NCBI GenBank assembly: GCA_964247055.1
Contig: OZ176053.1
Span: 2,480,001-2,544,000, forward strand
From: Paragordius varius
Lineage: Eukaryota; Animalia; Nematomorpha
Direction of reading: 5' to 3'
Length of the DNA stretch: 64,000 nt
Positions 25,756 through 40,700 of this stretch are shown here, one piece after another. The translations under genes were made by a program, and so were the position numbers. Positions within the stretch are counted from its first letter, which is position 1. Each line of letters begins with the position of its first letter. Under the pieces are notes generated by a model that was not told the DNA's origin, did not search any database, and was given only the letters and a program-made list of their open reading frames with translations.

Positions 25756-28707
25756 TATATATGCAACAATAACAACTTTTTTAACAATTTTCGCCCAACA
25801 ATTATTTATTTTTTATGCAAAAATAATTGTTATATACCATTTACAATTCAAATTCACCCTTGAACGATTCTAATTTACCCTTGAACGATTCAAATTCACC
25901 CTTGAACATTCAAATTCACCCTTGAACGATTCAAAATTACCCTAAAATAAATTGTGCTTTTTAAAATTAAAAATTACCTATATTTATTTTTTAAAAAATA
26001 AAATTTTGTTTAAAAATAATATAATACTGAAAAAATAATAACTATTCCATAAAAATTATTTAATTTAAATGCTGAGCTATATTAGACCGAAATTTCATAA
26101 TTTATTTTTAGAGTGAATCTAAATTGTTTGAGGGTGAATAAAATTGTTCAATGTTCAAGCGTGAATTTTTTCAACACCCTTGAACAATTCTAATTCACCC
26201 TTAAACATTACCCTTAACAATTCATATTCACCCTTAAACAAATTTACCCTAAAAATAAATTATGTGTTTTAGAACTAATATAACTTATCATTAGAATTAA
26301 ATATATTCTTTTGGTAAAGTTTATTATTTTTTGGTATAATTTTGATTACATACAAAATTTGATTTTTTAAAAATATAAAAAAATTTAGGTAATTTTTAAT
26401 CTTAAGAAACACATAATTCATTTTAGGGTGAATTCGAATTGTTCGAAGGTGAATTTGAATTGTTCGAAGGTAAATTTTAATTGTAAATGGTATATATTAA
26501 TTAATAGATAGTCCTATAAGAAAGGTTCGACTTAACAAATAATAATACCGCCCTTTTAAGATATAAACTTTTTGAATATTCATTAACTTGCTGTGTCTAA
26601 TATAAGGTTGAACGGAAATTTCGCATGTTTTAAAAGAATAATAATGTTGGCTAGTTTTTGCTTAGACGACTAAAATTCACTTTAATCCTGTTTTTTTTCT
26701 CCCTTAGAAGCATCTAAAATTAAACAACCCTCCTCAACCTTATTGCTATTTAAACGGGCAACTGCCCAAAAATCCTCGTCCATAGAAATGGATAATTATG
26801 CTACAGTACATCATCCACTTGATAATACAGAAAAACGTACGTTTTCACCACCCACGAAATTTGGCAGGAATTTGAGATCACATTCATTGGAAAATGAAAC
26901 TTTAGTACTACAACGACCTTCAAGTCAAAATGGTAAAATTAAAAAATTACAAAAAGCCCTTAAAATATGTGTGATCAAACAAAAAAGTTTTTTTTTTCAA
27001 AATTTTCCTTGAATTTTGATATGTATAAATATTTTTTAGAACAAATAGCATATGCAACAGAGGGCAGTATTAATGGCTTATAGATATTATTTTCGACTTT
27101 TTATTATTTAGCCAATAATAATTCTCTTTGCTGCATATGCCATTTTGAAATAATAAATAACTTTTTAGCAAAATATAATTACGCATACTGTATATAGTGC
27201 TTACTTTTTAATATTTTATTATTAGTTTAAAATTAGGTTATTAAATTTGGAATAGATTCAAAATTAGAGTTAGAATTTTTAAAAATATATCCAGATTCTA
27301 AACTAAAGTTTTTTAACAATTTTAATCGATTATATTCATTTCTATAACAACTAAATTTTAAATTTCTAAATTTGTTTAATTTTCTTTTTGCTTATAATTT
27401 TAGAGGATTTGAAAGATTTTGTCGTTATCGATATGCCTGGAGAGAATAGAATAACACCCGTTGAAACATTGGAACAAGTTATGATAAATCGTAACAAGAA
27501 TATTAAATTACAAATTATGGTGCTCCAAAGTTTGCTGAAAGTAATTTTTTTGTAGTCTCCCCCTTTTTATATTTATATGTGTTTATAATTAAAATAATTT
27601 ATATTAATAGGTAGCAACCAAATTTAATTCTGTGCAATATTCGGCTACATTTCCTTCCAACTTTCTGATTCCTTTGCTAAAAATGTCGATCGTGCTGGAT
27701 GAAACTGTTAGACTCCTAGTCCAACAAATTTTACATACCCTGATTGATAGGTATGTTTACGTTTTTATTTGGAAATTTTTTTGAGATATAAGATTTACAG
27801 TAAAAATTAATATTTATACGGACAAAACATATATAGATATAAAGTTTTTTTTGTCAAAGAGCTAAGCAACTATGTGTGTGTTATAAGCTAGTCATGTAGT
27901 GACTCTTGGCTTTCTCATAAATTAAAGTTCTCCATTTTTGACGATCCTGTGATTCTCTCAACGATTGAGGAAAAGTTCGGCTTGTTATTGATTTAAGCAT
28001 GTCGATCCACCGCCTTTTGGGTCGGCCCCTTTGCGGGTGCCATCTACCACCAACCCAAAAAGTATGCTTTTTTTAACGAGTCGGATGATATGACCCAGAT
28101 ATTTTAGCTGTTTGAAGATTATTCAATCGTGAAGTAAGAATTCGGGTTTGATGAGGTTGAGGATATAAGAATTGGAGATGATTTCCAACCAAACTTGCCA
28201 TCCTGAAGGCGATGAAATACCCCGTGGCAATTTATGGGTCCGAATCATGGATATGCAATTCCATTGACAAAGCCCGCATAAACTCTTTTCAAATAAATAT
28301 TGAAAATCTCCTGGAAAGCCCACATCTCCAATTCTTATATTCTCAACCTCATCACACCCGAATTTTTACTTCACGATTTAATAATCTTCAAACACAGCCA
28401 TACTTTTATCAAAAAAACTTTTTTATCCTTAAAAATCTATTAAAATACAATCGTAAAATACATAATTGAGTGTGTTACCACAATTTACACCCCTACTTTA
28501 TATTTTGGAATTTGCAACAATTAGTCATTATTAAAGTATGGTTGTCTTTTAGAAAAAAATATTTGCCTATTTTTACGTTTTGTCCGTATAATTTCAATCT
28601 TTACTGTAATATTATTTACTATATTGTTTGTTCACGACGTTTGTATTATATAAAAGATTAAATTTTATCATGTTTTCACAATAATTTTGTAAATGTAACT
28701 CTTTTGT

Positions 28708-28741
<34 letters not shown>

Positions 28742-31700
28742 CAATATTATTTATTAAATTTAAATCATAATATTTAATTCAATACTCACAAATATTTATT
28801 CAATATGGTTTGAGATTTTGATTCCAGCATTATTGTAATATATCCCTGCAAACGAAATCAATTTTTATCTAATAACCATATTTAATTTGAACATCTACTG
28901 TATATTATAATTACTAAAATACTAACATATAAGTTTTTTTTAAAATCTATGTTAATAAAAACTTATTTTTGGTTTAAATTATTTCAATGACAAAACATTA
29001 AAAATGACAAATATTTTTTTAAAAGATAACCATACTTTTTGAAACCTTAACTTTTTAAAATATAACTTATTGTTTAAAACTATAATGTATGAGATAGAGA
29101 TGTTTCTTGGTACACGATATATTATTTTAAATTATATTAATCAAAAAATAAATTTACATTTAATTTTTATTATACAGGCACGATAATTTAGCCAAATTAG
29201 AAGGGAAATCACTCTCAGATTTTGTCGACATTTGTAGTTCACCATTCAATGTTAATCATATATCATCACCAGAAACAACTGCGATCGAAATCATTCCTAC
29301 TATAAAACAACCCTTATCTTTTTGGGACGAACTGAATGTAATTTTGATTTATCTTTCTTTTTTTTGGAAATATTTTTTGCAAATTAAATATACTGTTAAA
29401 AATACTCATTTATTATCATGAAAATTGTTTATTTATACATCCACTTTTTATAAAATTTTCGAAAAATGTGAATTTGATTGAAAGTTAAGGTAAAATTTAT
29501 AATGGCATAAAAATCAAGATTTTCAGATATGCTTTGTATGGTTTAGAGTTGTTTCACTGATAAATTGTTCAAGATATAAATTTAATTTAACTAAAAAAGT
29601 GCCAACTTTAATAATAAAAATGGTAAGAATTTACGTTTTAATATATAAAATGATAATAAAATAATATAAGATTTAATCATCTAACATTTCTCTTCATAAT
29701 AATTGCCGTACAGCTAACGTGTGATTTCAACTATTTACTTGACCATTCAACCCAAACATGTGGTAAAAAAACCATTAAATCAATCTCTCTCTCTCTGCTT
29801 AATATTGAATTTTAAACAATATACTGTAAATTTAAAAAATTAGGAACCGTTTATCAGAAAGTCCAAAAAGATAAATTTTATTCAACTAACCGAAAATTTT
29901 GTTTATACTATTGATATCTTAAAACTCTAACAAATTATTTTGAAGAAGCATTTGGAGTCAATACTTTCGTAAATTTTCCTTATTATATCCATATAAAATG
30001 ATTCTCAAGTAAGAAAGGCAATTTTTTTATTATCACAATCAATTTAGCAAGCCTTACAGGATTTCACTTTTTAGCAATGTCATAATCGTTTTAATATCAC
30101 TAAACTAAATTTTTGGTTAATTTTTTTCCTTGGATTTTCGGGTGCACAAAGTTCCTTGAAACATATTTCTCTTTAATGTTTCAATTCGATTTCACTGGAA
30201 TTAAAATTAAAATGTTGCAAAAAATTATTCCTAAAAAATTTAAAATAGATAGGGTCAGATTCTTATTAAAATCATACACCCTCAAATCAATTTCACGATT
30301 ATTTTTATCATCTAATACCTTGAATGTACCAAACGTAATACTTCCCGAATCGATATGCGAGATAAATTCCCCGATACAATTTGTGTTACGTGGATTATTT
30401 TTTAATTACTTATTCCAAGAGTCCATCCTTCCGTTTTAGGTCTTAGGGTATCTGGGGTTTCCATGTACTAACTTTCTGAACAATGTTCTATCAAAGACTT
30501 GTTCGTGTTCAATATTGAATTCTTGGGTCAGCTGTTAGGACCATTGAGTTTAGGGTGGCCTTTCCGTTTTTTCCGGTTATGTATTTTTTGTACCCAGTTA
30601 TCGGAATTCATACGTTGAACATGCCGGTTATATCGCAATCGGTTGCGCTTGATGAACAGAGCTATGGGTTTTCCTTTTTTATAGTATTACCAAAATTATT
30701 GTTGCAAATTTTAACATGTTTTCAGCTCTAGTAATTCTATTTAAGTCTGTTTCTGTAAGGGCCCAGGTTTCTGTAGCATACGTCATAGCTGGTCTTGTTC
30801 CCATTTTGTAATTTTTTATCTTAATTCGATTTAATATTTTTATTAGTTATAATATATTTTAATTGATTGAATTTGGTCCATCCCTGTATGATTTGAGAAA
30901 TGGCATCCCTTAAAAAACCATCAGATGCTATATAATCGCCCAGATATGGAATTATATTACAACTTCTAGTTTGTCGCCATTAAAGTTTAAAGTACGCGGA
31001 TTCGATATTGGCAGTGGTATCGAAGCACATGGTGTCCAGCAAAAATATTATTATTATTAATTAACATTCCTTTTTTATGTTGGAACATTTATGGACCCAA
31101 TTTCTGCATTTTGTACAACAAAATGTGTATAGTTTTACCTCAGTGGTGCACACTTGGCATGGGCACTTGATAATTATATGCTCATCTTTTGTGATTAGAA
31201 TTTTGGTTTTGTTTGTATTGATCTTAAGACCGTGTTTATGTAATTGTTTACCATATTAAATTATTTTCGAGTATTGAATTAACTTCTACAATAATTATAA
31301 GGTCGTCTGTGTAGAGAATATCATATGGTAAACCTTTTCTAATATCTTTTGTTAAATATAGATATAAAAAGAAGTGTGCTTAGGACAGACCCCTCATGCA
31401 GCCCTATTAATACTAAAATACTCTGAATCCCAACAGATGTAAGAACATAACTGATTGAGTTAGTGTGGATTAACATGATTAATTTAATGGTATATTCATC
31501 TACGTTGTTGTAGCGCAGTGATTTTATTATTAGTGCTCTAGGTACTGAGTCATAAGCCTTTTCTAAATTTACAAAAAGATGGAATGGTTTTAAGACTTTT
31601 TGCTCGGTATTTATCTTGTAATTGTCTCAGTAAGGATATTGGATCGATTGTGCTTTCACCCGCTGAAAAGGCAAATTGCATTGGATCAATTGATATAAGC

Positions 31701-34700
31701 TGGACGATACGATTTTTATGGCACATCTCAAATTTTTTTAATTCATGTTCACCTGTAGGAGAAACAGGTTAGGATATCTCCTTTATTTTTGAAGATGGGA
31801 AATAAATGCTTTTTTTCCCCGTCTGTCAGTATTTTCATTTCATATTATATTGTTAAATTAATTAGTTAAAAGCATGAAAATATTGGGTATTAATTTTATA
31901 ATATCAATACATAGTTCACTAGGGCCCTAACCCTTGTTTAATTTAGTCTAAGGCATTTCGATTTTTTGTATTGTGAAAGTTCTTAAAGGACCACAACAGG
32001 GATCTCTGTCAGAATTTATGATGGGTCTTAAAGGGTTGTTAAGATTGTGCTCCATATATTTTTGCCATATGGATTTAATTAATCCTGGTTGTATTTGTAA
32101 ATAATTATTTCATATTGTAAAGTTTCATATGTTTTATAATTTTTGGATTTTCTTTTCCAATTTATTGGCAGTATCTTTAGCATACCATTTATTAATTTAT
32201 TTATTTCCTTTTGTACCTTTTTGTTGTATTTATTTGTAATACTCAGTTTTGTCGTATTCTCTTTTCGATTTCTTCCATATTCGAAAATATTTGATAAATA
32301 CAACCACTTATAATTCAAAAACACAGCATAAAGTTTTAACATCCATTTTTTCATTTAATTCGAGGCTATATCATAAAACAAACCTAGATTTAATATACAC
32401 AAGCTTAAAAAACCTGAGATAATGAAATTCAAAATTCGCCAAACCTAAACATTGATAATCTAAGCCTTGAAGACCCCTGACAAAGAACTAATGTGATTAA
32501 AAGTGTAGAAAAATATTGTGATAGATGAAAGAGCAAAGCCCAAAGGAAATGGTGGTGGGACGATACAATAAGCCACTACTAAAGAAAAGACGCGTTTGTA
32601 TAAAAAATGGAAGAAATTGAAAAGAGAATACGACAAAACTGAATATCAAAAATACTATGAAAAGGTACAAAGGAAATAAATTAACTATTCAAGGAGTCAG
32701 GAATCTATTTACTACTGACTTTAGAGTCTTTTTTTATCGAAAAATTTTTCACTGTTTATAATTTGTTCTAAGTGTACTTTTTGAGTATCATGTTTTTAAT
32801 AAGAAAAAGACCACCGTGTTTTATTGAAATTGGAGTCAAATTAATAATGGATTAACTTTACGTGATGTAAGATACTAATTCCTAACGCATTAGAATAAAA
32901 CTAATTATTAATTTTTAAAAAACGATCTCAACCACGCCTTCAAGCCCAAAGCGTACGCACTACCCATTTAATATCATTGTTTGAGTAAACTTGCCTCAAA
33001 CGCCATTATTTCATGGTTGAATTTCGATGGATATGAAACCCTACCCAGCATCAATTTAAAAAAGCTTGAATAAAATTTTTGCCTTTTTTTAAGGAATATC
33101 TATAATCATTATTAATTTCCAACAATCTCAGTTTTAACAAAACATGCTAAAAAGTTTTTAGTCATGTTGTCGAGTACAAAATGCGGGTCTCATTCTTGAA
33201 CGAAAAAGCTCTCAATAGGTTTTACCATTATACGGAACATATTTTAAGCCCATATTGAACCCATGTGATCTTTTAAGTTTCAAATTTAACTTTAAACCAA
33301 GACAGCTGGTATAACATAGTGTTCAACTACAGTAAAAATTTAAATTATACGGACAAAACGTAAAAACATAAAGACATATATTTTGTTCAAAAGACAACCA
33401 TACTTGTTCAATCTCGATTTTAATATAAATGATTGTTTAAAAATGGATTATTGAAATAGAAATGTATATTGATAGCTTAATTAATTATATAATTTATAAT
33501 TGTAAATATTTAATTTATGTAAGCAAAATTTAGATTTATAAAAGTATGGTTGTCTTTTTAAAAAAATATGTGTCTTTATATATTACGTATTGTCCCTAAA
33601 ATTATATTTTACTGTAAAAGTTTTGTCTTTATGCGGGGAACATTATATATCTAACTCGGGCAAAATATTGGTTCTTAATAGCGACTTGGTTTTTCTGCTA
33701 AAAATGAATTTTATGTGAAGGTAGGGGTATATAAGGGTTTATCTGAAAAAGGTTCTCTATTAGAAATACTTAGTTAGATTGATTTCACTTCTTTGTGTAA
33801 ATTAATAAATTTATATTTACCATTCGTTTATTAATTTTGCCATATATTATTTTTTGCAAAATAAAGGTTGAAAAATGTTCTCATCTCGATACCCTATTTA
33901 TACGTAAAAATGGACCACTCCTATATTCAGCATTGTATGAGACGACTTTAAGGACAAACAATTCCTTGCAAAACTTTAAGGCAATATTTATCACATTTGC
34001 ACTCATTATCATTGAGGTGGGATCGGTGGAAGAAACGTTTTCCGATGTTTTAAAGTGAGTTATTTCAAATTTTATTAGTATGATTATTAATGAATTTTTA
34101 AGGTTTTGCTCATGATATTAATTTGTTATGAGCGCTTTAAATCAATAAAATGTGAGTGTTATTTAGGCATTTGAAATCACGATTTATAAATATAAATATT
34201 AAAATTTAAAAACTCAACATTATTTAATAATTTTATGACAACTTCTATTAAATGAAATAATTTTAACTAAAGCTTTTGAATAAATTAAAGATGACATATC
34301 AACCCAATTTAATTTTTAGGGTAATTTGTTGGTTTTGTAATATTATAAACGGCTATTTATAAATATATACTCTCACTTGATAAAGTCTTTAGTAGAAGAC
34401 GTGTAAGAATAAATTGTAAGCTTTTAATAATATTATTTCAAATTAATTTTTAATCGCATCTAAAGCCATTATTTTCTATAAATAAATAAATTAATCTTAT
34501 TAAATGTTATCACAACTTTTTATAATGTGTGGTTTTAGGTTAATGTTTATATTGCAAAAAAAGTGTCGAAATTTACCCTTTTATCATGGTGATACGCCGC
34601 AAAACACTATTAAAATTGTCAATATTCCCAACAATATCGCAAATAATAATGGGAATAGAGATGATGGATTATATATGCCTATCTCTGGGAAAGATATAGG

Positions 34701-37700
34701 GGGATTTGAAATCAACTCTAATGCTTCAGTTAAATCTTTAGATCCTGACCTGCTAAAAGTAATAATTTGCGTTAACACAAATTTTGGTGTTTTTGGACTA
34801 ATATAACTCATCATAAAAACAAAATATTTATTTGCAAAAATTTTTTTTGGATCATTTTAATTTTAAACAAATTTTTTAAAAAATATATCGATAATCTGGT
34901 TTTTGATATACAAAAAAACATAATCATTTTGAGAAAAAGTTTGAAATGTTTAAGGTTGAAATTTAATTCGTTTAAGGGTAGTTTTAGAGATGGTATATTC
35001 AAAAACATATAATCTGTTTTAGGGTGATTTTTAATTGTTCAAGAGGTGATAAATGGTATATCCATTTTAAATAGGTTTTTTTCATGCCAATTTTTAGTAA
35101 AATTTTGTTTTTGTTATGCTAATATAGATGGATATGGCTGGACAAACTGATGATTACAAACTCAGAAATAATGGTATGATAAAGAAATATTTATAACAAA
35201 AAATAAATTTAATTTGTAATTATACAGTTAAAGTTGTAAATTTAAAGGCGAATATATAATTATTTTTCTAAAAAACAACTAAGTAAGACAATCTATCGTT
35301 ATGGGTTGCAAAATAAAAAATAGAGATAAAAATTTATTATAATTATAAAAATCGTAAATTAATTAATTATTAAAATTGTAATATATAGTTTGAGTTTAAT
35401 TATAAAATTAATTTATGTTTCCATTTAGGAATTTCAGTTTTTCCTTATTAAATAACGGAAACAATTTGTTAACATAATTATAAAAATTTTATAAAAATAG
35501 ATTCAAGAATGACATAAAGTAGTATGGCTGTCTCAGTAAAAAAAAATATTTCTCCCTTAGTTTATTTTTTTACAAATTTTTAATATATGTATGTAGAAAT
35601 CCCAAACTTTCAAGATATATTTTCTCGTGATGGCTTTGAACTTGAATTACAAGTCCATGCTCTATTATCGGCATGCATATCATTTTCTTACACTGCCTTT
35701 TATCAATGGTATGTAGAATTTATTGATTAATTATTGAAAAAAATTTGATTAAATTTTGGGTAAATGTAGAGTGGGAATGAAAATTTTGATTAATAAAGAT
35801 CCGAAAATTGTATAGAAATGTTGTTTAGATTTATGTTTTAGCATGAAACTATATATTAATCAGATAAAATATGTAGAAATTATCATATTATCATCGATCA
35901 ACAAATATCCTTGTTCTACCAAAATTATGCCACTTTATTTAAATAATTTAAATTATATTACTTTACTTATTCTATGGTTCTATCATAATGAACTAACTCT
36001 AAATTAACAAAAACATATAGTTTTTCCATCAGCATAATCGTTTTCAATACTCACACTCTATATAATTTTACTAAACAAATCCTATTTATTACAATGGAAA
36101 GTCCAGAAACTACCTTTTTAACATTTTGGCCCTCCCTCATAAAAATTAAATTCAAAATTAAATTTGCACATACCTTAGGTTTTGCCCATTTGCTAATCTA
36201 CACGGGGAATTGAATGATATAACGACCACAGTTCCTGATAATGTGGAACAGACGGCTAAAACACTCATATTTTCATCGTCTAGTATGGATCAAATTGCTG
36301 GCATGGAAAATAACGATGAGAATACTAATACAACATCAAATACTGTTAACAACAATAAACATGCGATTGATATCAATCACCAATCGGGTATGATTGATTA
36401 TATTTTTCATTTTTAATAAATTTAGTAATTTAGAATAAAATATCGATTAAACATTGATATTTTTTGATACGTTTTGGATTTATGATTTATATCTTGGCAA
36501 AAATCAATATTTCTACGATTGATAATTGTTTGGGGTTAACCGATTTTTTGTCACCAGGGTATTTGTGGAATATATAGATTTTTTTGTACTTAAAAGGAAC
36601 AATTGCTATAAAATATATTATGAACGCAGATTTTAAAATAATATTATAATATTTTTTTTTCATTTTTAAATATTTTATACTTTTGTACCCCATAATATAG
36701 ATCAAAAAGAAATGGAAAATATTAATCATGTTAAATTTTTGAATATCCATATCTCTGATATCCTACACCGGCGGAATAATAATTCACACTTGCTTTCACG
36801 TTTAATGTTACCTGTGTATTGTTGGATTCAACAAAAAAGTAATTATTACTCTTTTCTATCTGAAGAAAAGCTATTTTTCAAACTTTTTAAAGAATTTTTT
36901 TTTATAATTTTTGTTAAGAACCGCATACTGAAATATTTGAAATGGTATTTAATGAACCAGCTCTAAGTGATGTTCTTTTGGTACAAAAATGTCAATCCTT
37001 ATTACATGACGATACATTATTTTTCGATTATAATGTTTATAAGGATGCACTGCTACAAATGGGTATATATTTGTCTCTAAATTGGATTTATGCATTTTTT
37101 GATTTGAATCTAAATAAATTTTTTTAAAAATTAATGTTAACATAAAATAAATTTTTATATGGAAAATGACAAATAATTCCTTAACTATATCTTAAATATG
37201 TTTTTGTTTTTAATAATAATGTTTAATTTAACCCTAATCCCGTTTATTATGTGCTATGATTAAAACAAATATATCTTTTCATATCAACACACTTCAAAAA
37301 GGGTTTGAAAGCAGTAAAATTGATCAATCTTTAACGTTGAGATCGCTTGTAACGTATGAGAATACAACGATCGATGGTTCAAATCCTATGGTTTATGGGA
37401 GGGGTTCTTCTGATTTTGCGACGACAAATCTTTCGCCCACAAATAGTTTGCAGAGCATTAATTTAAGCGTCGGTGGTTCTAGTTCATCATCTAGCAGTAT
37501 TTCTGGTAATGACTTTTTTATTTTCGTTTTTTACGTACCATTTTTAATTTAATATGACTTACTTTTTTAGGGAAAGCGAGATATTGTATTATATTGTGTT
37601 GACCTTTGTACAATTAATCAATAAATATTTATATTGTACAGAGAAAATGTAAAAAATAAAGAAGAGTAATCATTTATTTTTCTTTTAATAACTCATTCTT

Positions 37701-40700
37701 TTTAACTTCAAAGTGTAGAGATTTGGTAACACAATTATCTATTTTATAATTGTAAACAGATAATTATCTAAGGTTAAAAAAATGGTTTGATTGTCTTTTG
37801 AAAAAAAAATTTGTGTTTTATTAAATTAAGGGGTATTTATCATTTTTTACAATTATAATAAAAATAAGGCCTAAAACATTATAAGCAAAAGCCTGTCACT
37901 GCTAATCAAAAAATGTTGACATAAAAAACAAAAATTGATGAATTTTAGCAATATAATTTCCTGTATAATCATAGTAAAAGTGATTAAGTGTTTTTTAATC
38001 CCATAATTTTTTGTTTAACAGACTGGTTATTAAAAGTTTAGTTTGTTCATATAACACTGGACAACAAATTTTTCTGCCACTCGAGTTTTGCATTTTCTGA
38101 TATTTAGTATCAATTTAACAGTAAATCTGAAAGAAAATTTATAACTCGATGGAAGAATTTTGTATAATTTGATTTTTTTTTATTATGCGCCTTCTTTATT
38201 AAAATTTTACTAAAAAATGTTTTTCTTTGAAAAAATACAAGTAATGCCCATTTGTAATATATCATTCGAAAGAGTAATAAACTCTATAAAATGCATACTA
38301 ATATGTATTACATCGACAGTTAATATTGGACTTAAAGAGCGACAAACGCGCGAAGCGAGAGCATTTTTTTAATTATTATATTTTTAAAACCAATGGATGA
38401 AAATAGCTCAAACTTTGTTTGATGGTGATAAATGTCCAAAAAAGATAACACAAGAAAGTTTTTTTGAATAAAATTTTTTTATTGCTTTTATGTCACTAAA
38501 AACAGCCATTTTTAAGTTTTTTGTTTCTTAAAAATATTTAAGTTTAAGGTATTTTTGATTTTTTATAGCCATTATGTAATAAATTTATAGTTATAACTAT
38601 GCATTTTAGTATCCACTAGGTAAAATATTTATGATAATAATAATTTTTATTAAAAAAGCAAACCAAAAACTTTTTCAAACAATTAAATTAAATACTAATA
38701 TAACTTTAATAATTATATTAAAATAATTTATATGATTTTCAAATTAGTTTGTCTGTGATTATTCTTGACTTATTTAAGGATCGAAAATTTCAACCATTTA
38801 AATCCAAATAACTTTTACATCCGATTGATTTAAATGACTTACTACCATTTAAAAGATGCAGTTTTTTGCGTTCTTCTGAATGATATAAAATACATGGCTT
38901 CATATCTAAATTTTTAATTTTTGAAATTTCGAGTTTAATGTTAAATCGGGGACAAAAATTATTGATTAACTCTAATATAAAAAAATTCTTGCATAGACCA
39001 ATTTTCTTTTCAGATATACTAATTATGTACTTTAATGAAATAAATTTTAAATTTTCAAGAATGGCAGTTAAAAAAAGTTAAAATTTGATGTCTAGTGTAA
39101 TGAGTAGTTGACACCCTTTTTTAAGCTTTGTGTATAATTTATATTAATGTTTCTTTAACTATATTTTTATTATTATTTAGGGAAAAATGATGTTAAAGGT
39201 GGTGGAAGCATTTCATCCCATAAACAACAATACGGTCAATCTGGAGATGATAGTTCATATTTTTTTGATGCAGATATCACATCCTCGACTGATTCAAACA
39301 CCACAGATGAAAATGGGGAGAAATTACAACGTATAATTATATTTTTTAGACTTTTTTGCATTTTTTTGTTGTGTTGTTCACTATAATTTTTTAAATTGCT
39401 AATTTTGATTAAAAGTTGGTGGATTATATTTTGAAAGTTTGTTTAGATAGATTTTTTAGTTTGCATTTTTGTGTTCATATATTGTTTACTTTTATGAAGA
39501 TTGTAAAAAGTTATAAAATGAAAGTTTGATAGACTTTGGAATTTTTATGATTAGATTGCTTAATTTTGCTTGAAAATAATAAAAAGATAGAGTATAATGG
39601 AAGTTTGAGCATATTTAAGATAGACAGTCTAATATTTGCATTTATGAATATAGAATTCATTTTTTATTTTATTACAGTATAACAAAAAAGTTATGAGGCG
39701 CTAAAGGATATTTTATGTGTTAAATACCAAATTATTGGATTGCCTGCAAACATTTAAAACTATAAACACCTAAATCATTGCGTTTGGATTTTAAAATTTT
39801 ATATTTATGCCGATCATTTACTTACTTTAAACTACAGTTTGCATTTTAATGGCTGATTATTTCACATTATAGTTGTTGGGCATTTGGCACCACAGTAGTG
39901 TATGGAAAAAAACAACAAATTGAAGAATAATACAACCAAAGTAATGTAAGAAAGGAAAACATTGTTTATTCAACATTTTGTTGTTTTTCCCATACACCAT
40001 TGTATTTTAAATCGCTCGACAACTATAATGTGAAATAAGCAACCTTAAAAATGCATAGGGTATTAAATCAAACAATTATACTATAAAACATATTTCTGAA
40101 ATTTTAATTTTTGTTACTTATTAAATGCTAAATTAAATAAATTTTTTTACTATATATTTTTTATTATTTAATATGTTATAGAACGTCGTAAAAAGAGACG
40201 TTACAATCTCCCTGGTTATCAAGATATCAATGCTTTAAGTATGAAAAAAATATTCCTTACCGATCTTTCCAAATCTCAGCAAGGTTTGTGCTCTTTTTCT
40301 TGTGAAAATATCATTTATAGGCGAAATTTTAATAATTAATGTTATATTAGTCTGATGTTGGAAAAATATAATACTTAATTAAATTATTAGATTTTTTCCA
40401 TTATTTTTTGTCTCACTATATGAGTTCCTTAATTTATGAAAAGCCGTTTTTATTTTGAACGATTGGAAATTTAAATCTCATAGTTTGGAATTAACAGGTA
40501 TATAATGATCTAATTACTTATGCGCCGATGTTTGTAGAAATGCAAATATAATTTGATATTTTGCTAACAGATTATAAAATAATGTGCAAAATTCTAATAT
40601 ATTAATAAATGACCCATATTGAATTAAGTTGTAATTTAAATTAATGCATTATATTAATTTTCCGCTCGTATATCATTTTAGGTAAAGAAGCGAAGCAGGC

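Noticed and set aside
32930-33060. Possible mariner transposase relic on the - strand (DAG*GFISIE)
   Set aside because: Too short and broken; no other D,D34D motifs or TIRs.
35128-35173. 46-nt EFR3 exon considered as a frameshifting poison exon
   Set aside because: On recounting, it is required: it converts phase 0 to the phase 1 needed by exon 35597 to read ...ELQVHALLSACISF.
35468-35500. Candidate 33-nt intron between two putative mini-exons in EFR3
   Set aside because: The gene model closes without it, and the flanking pieces give stops in the required phase.
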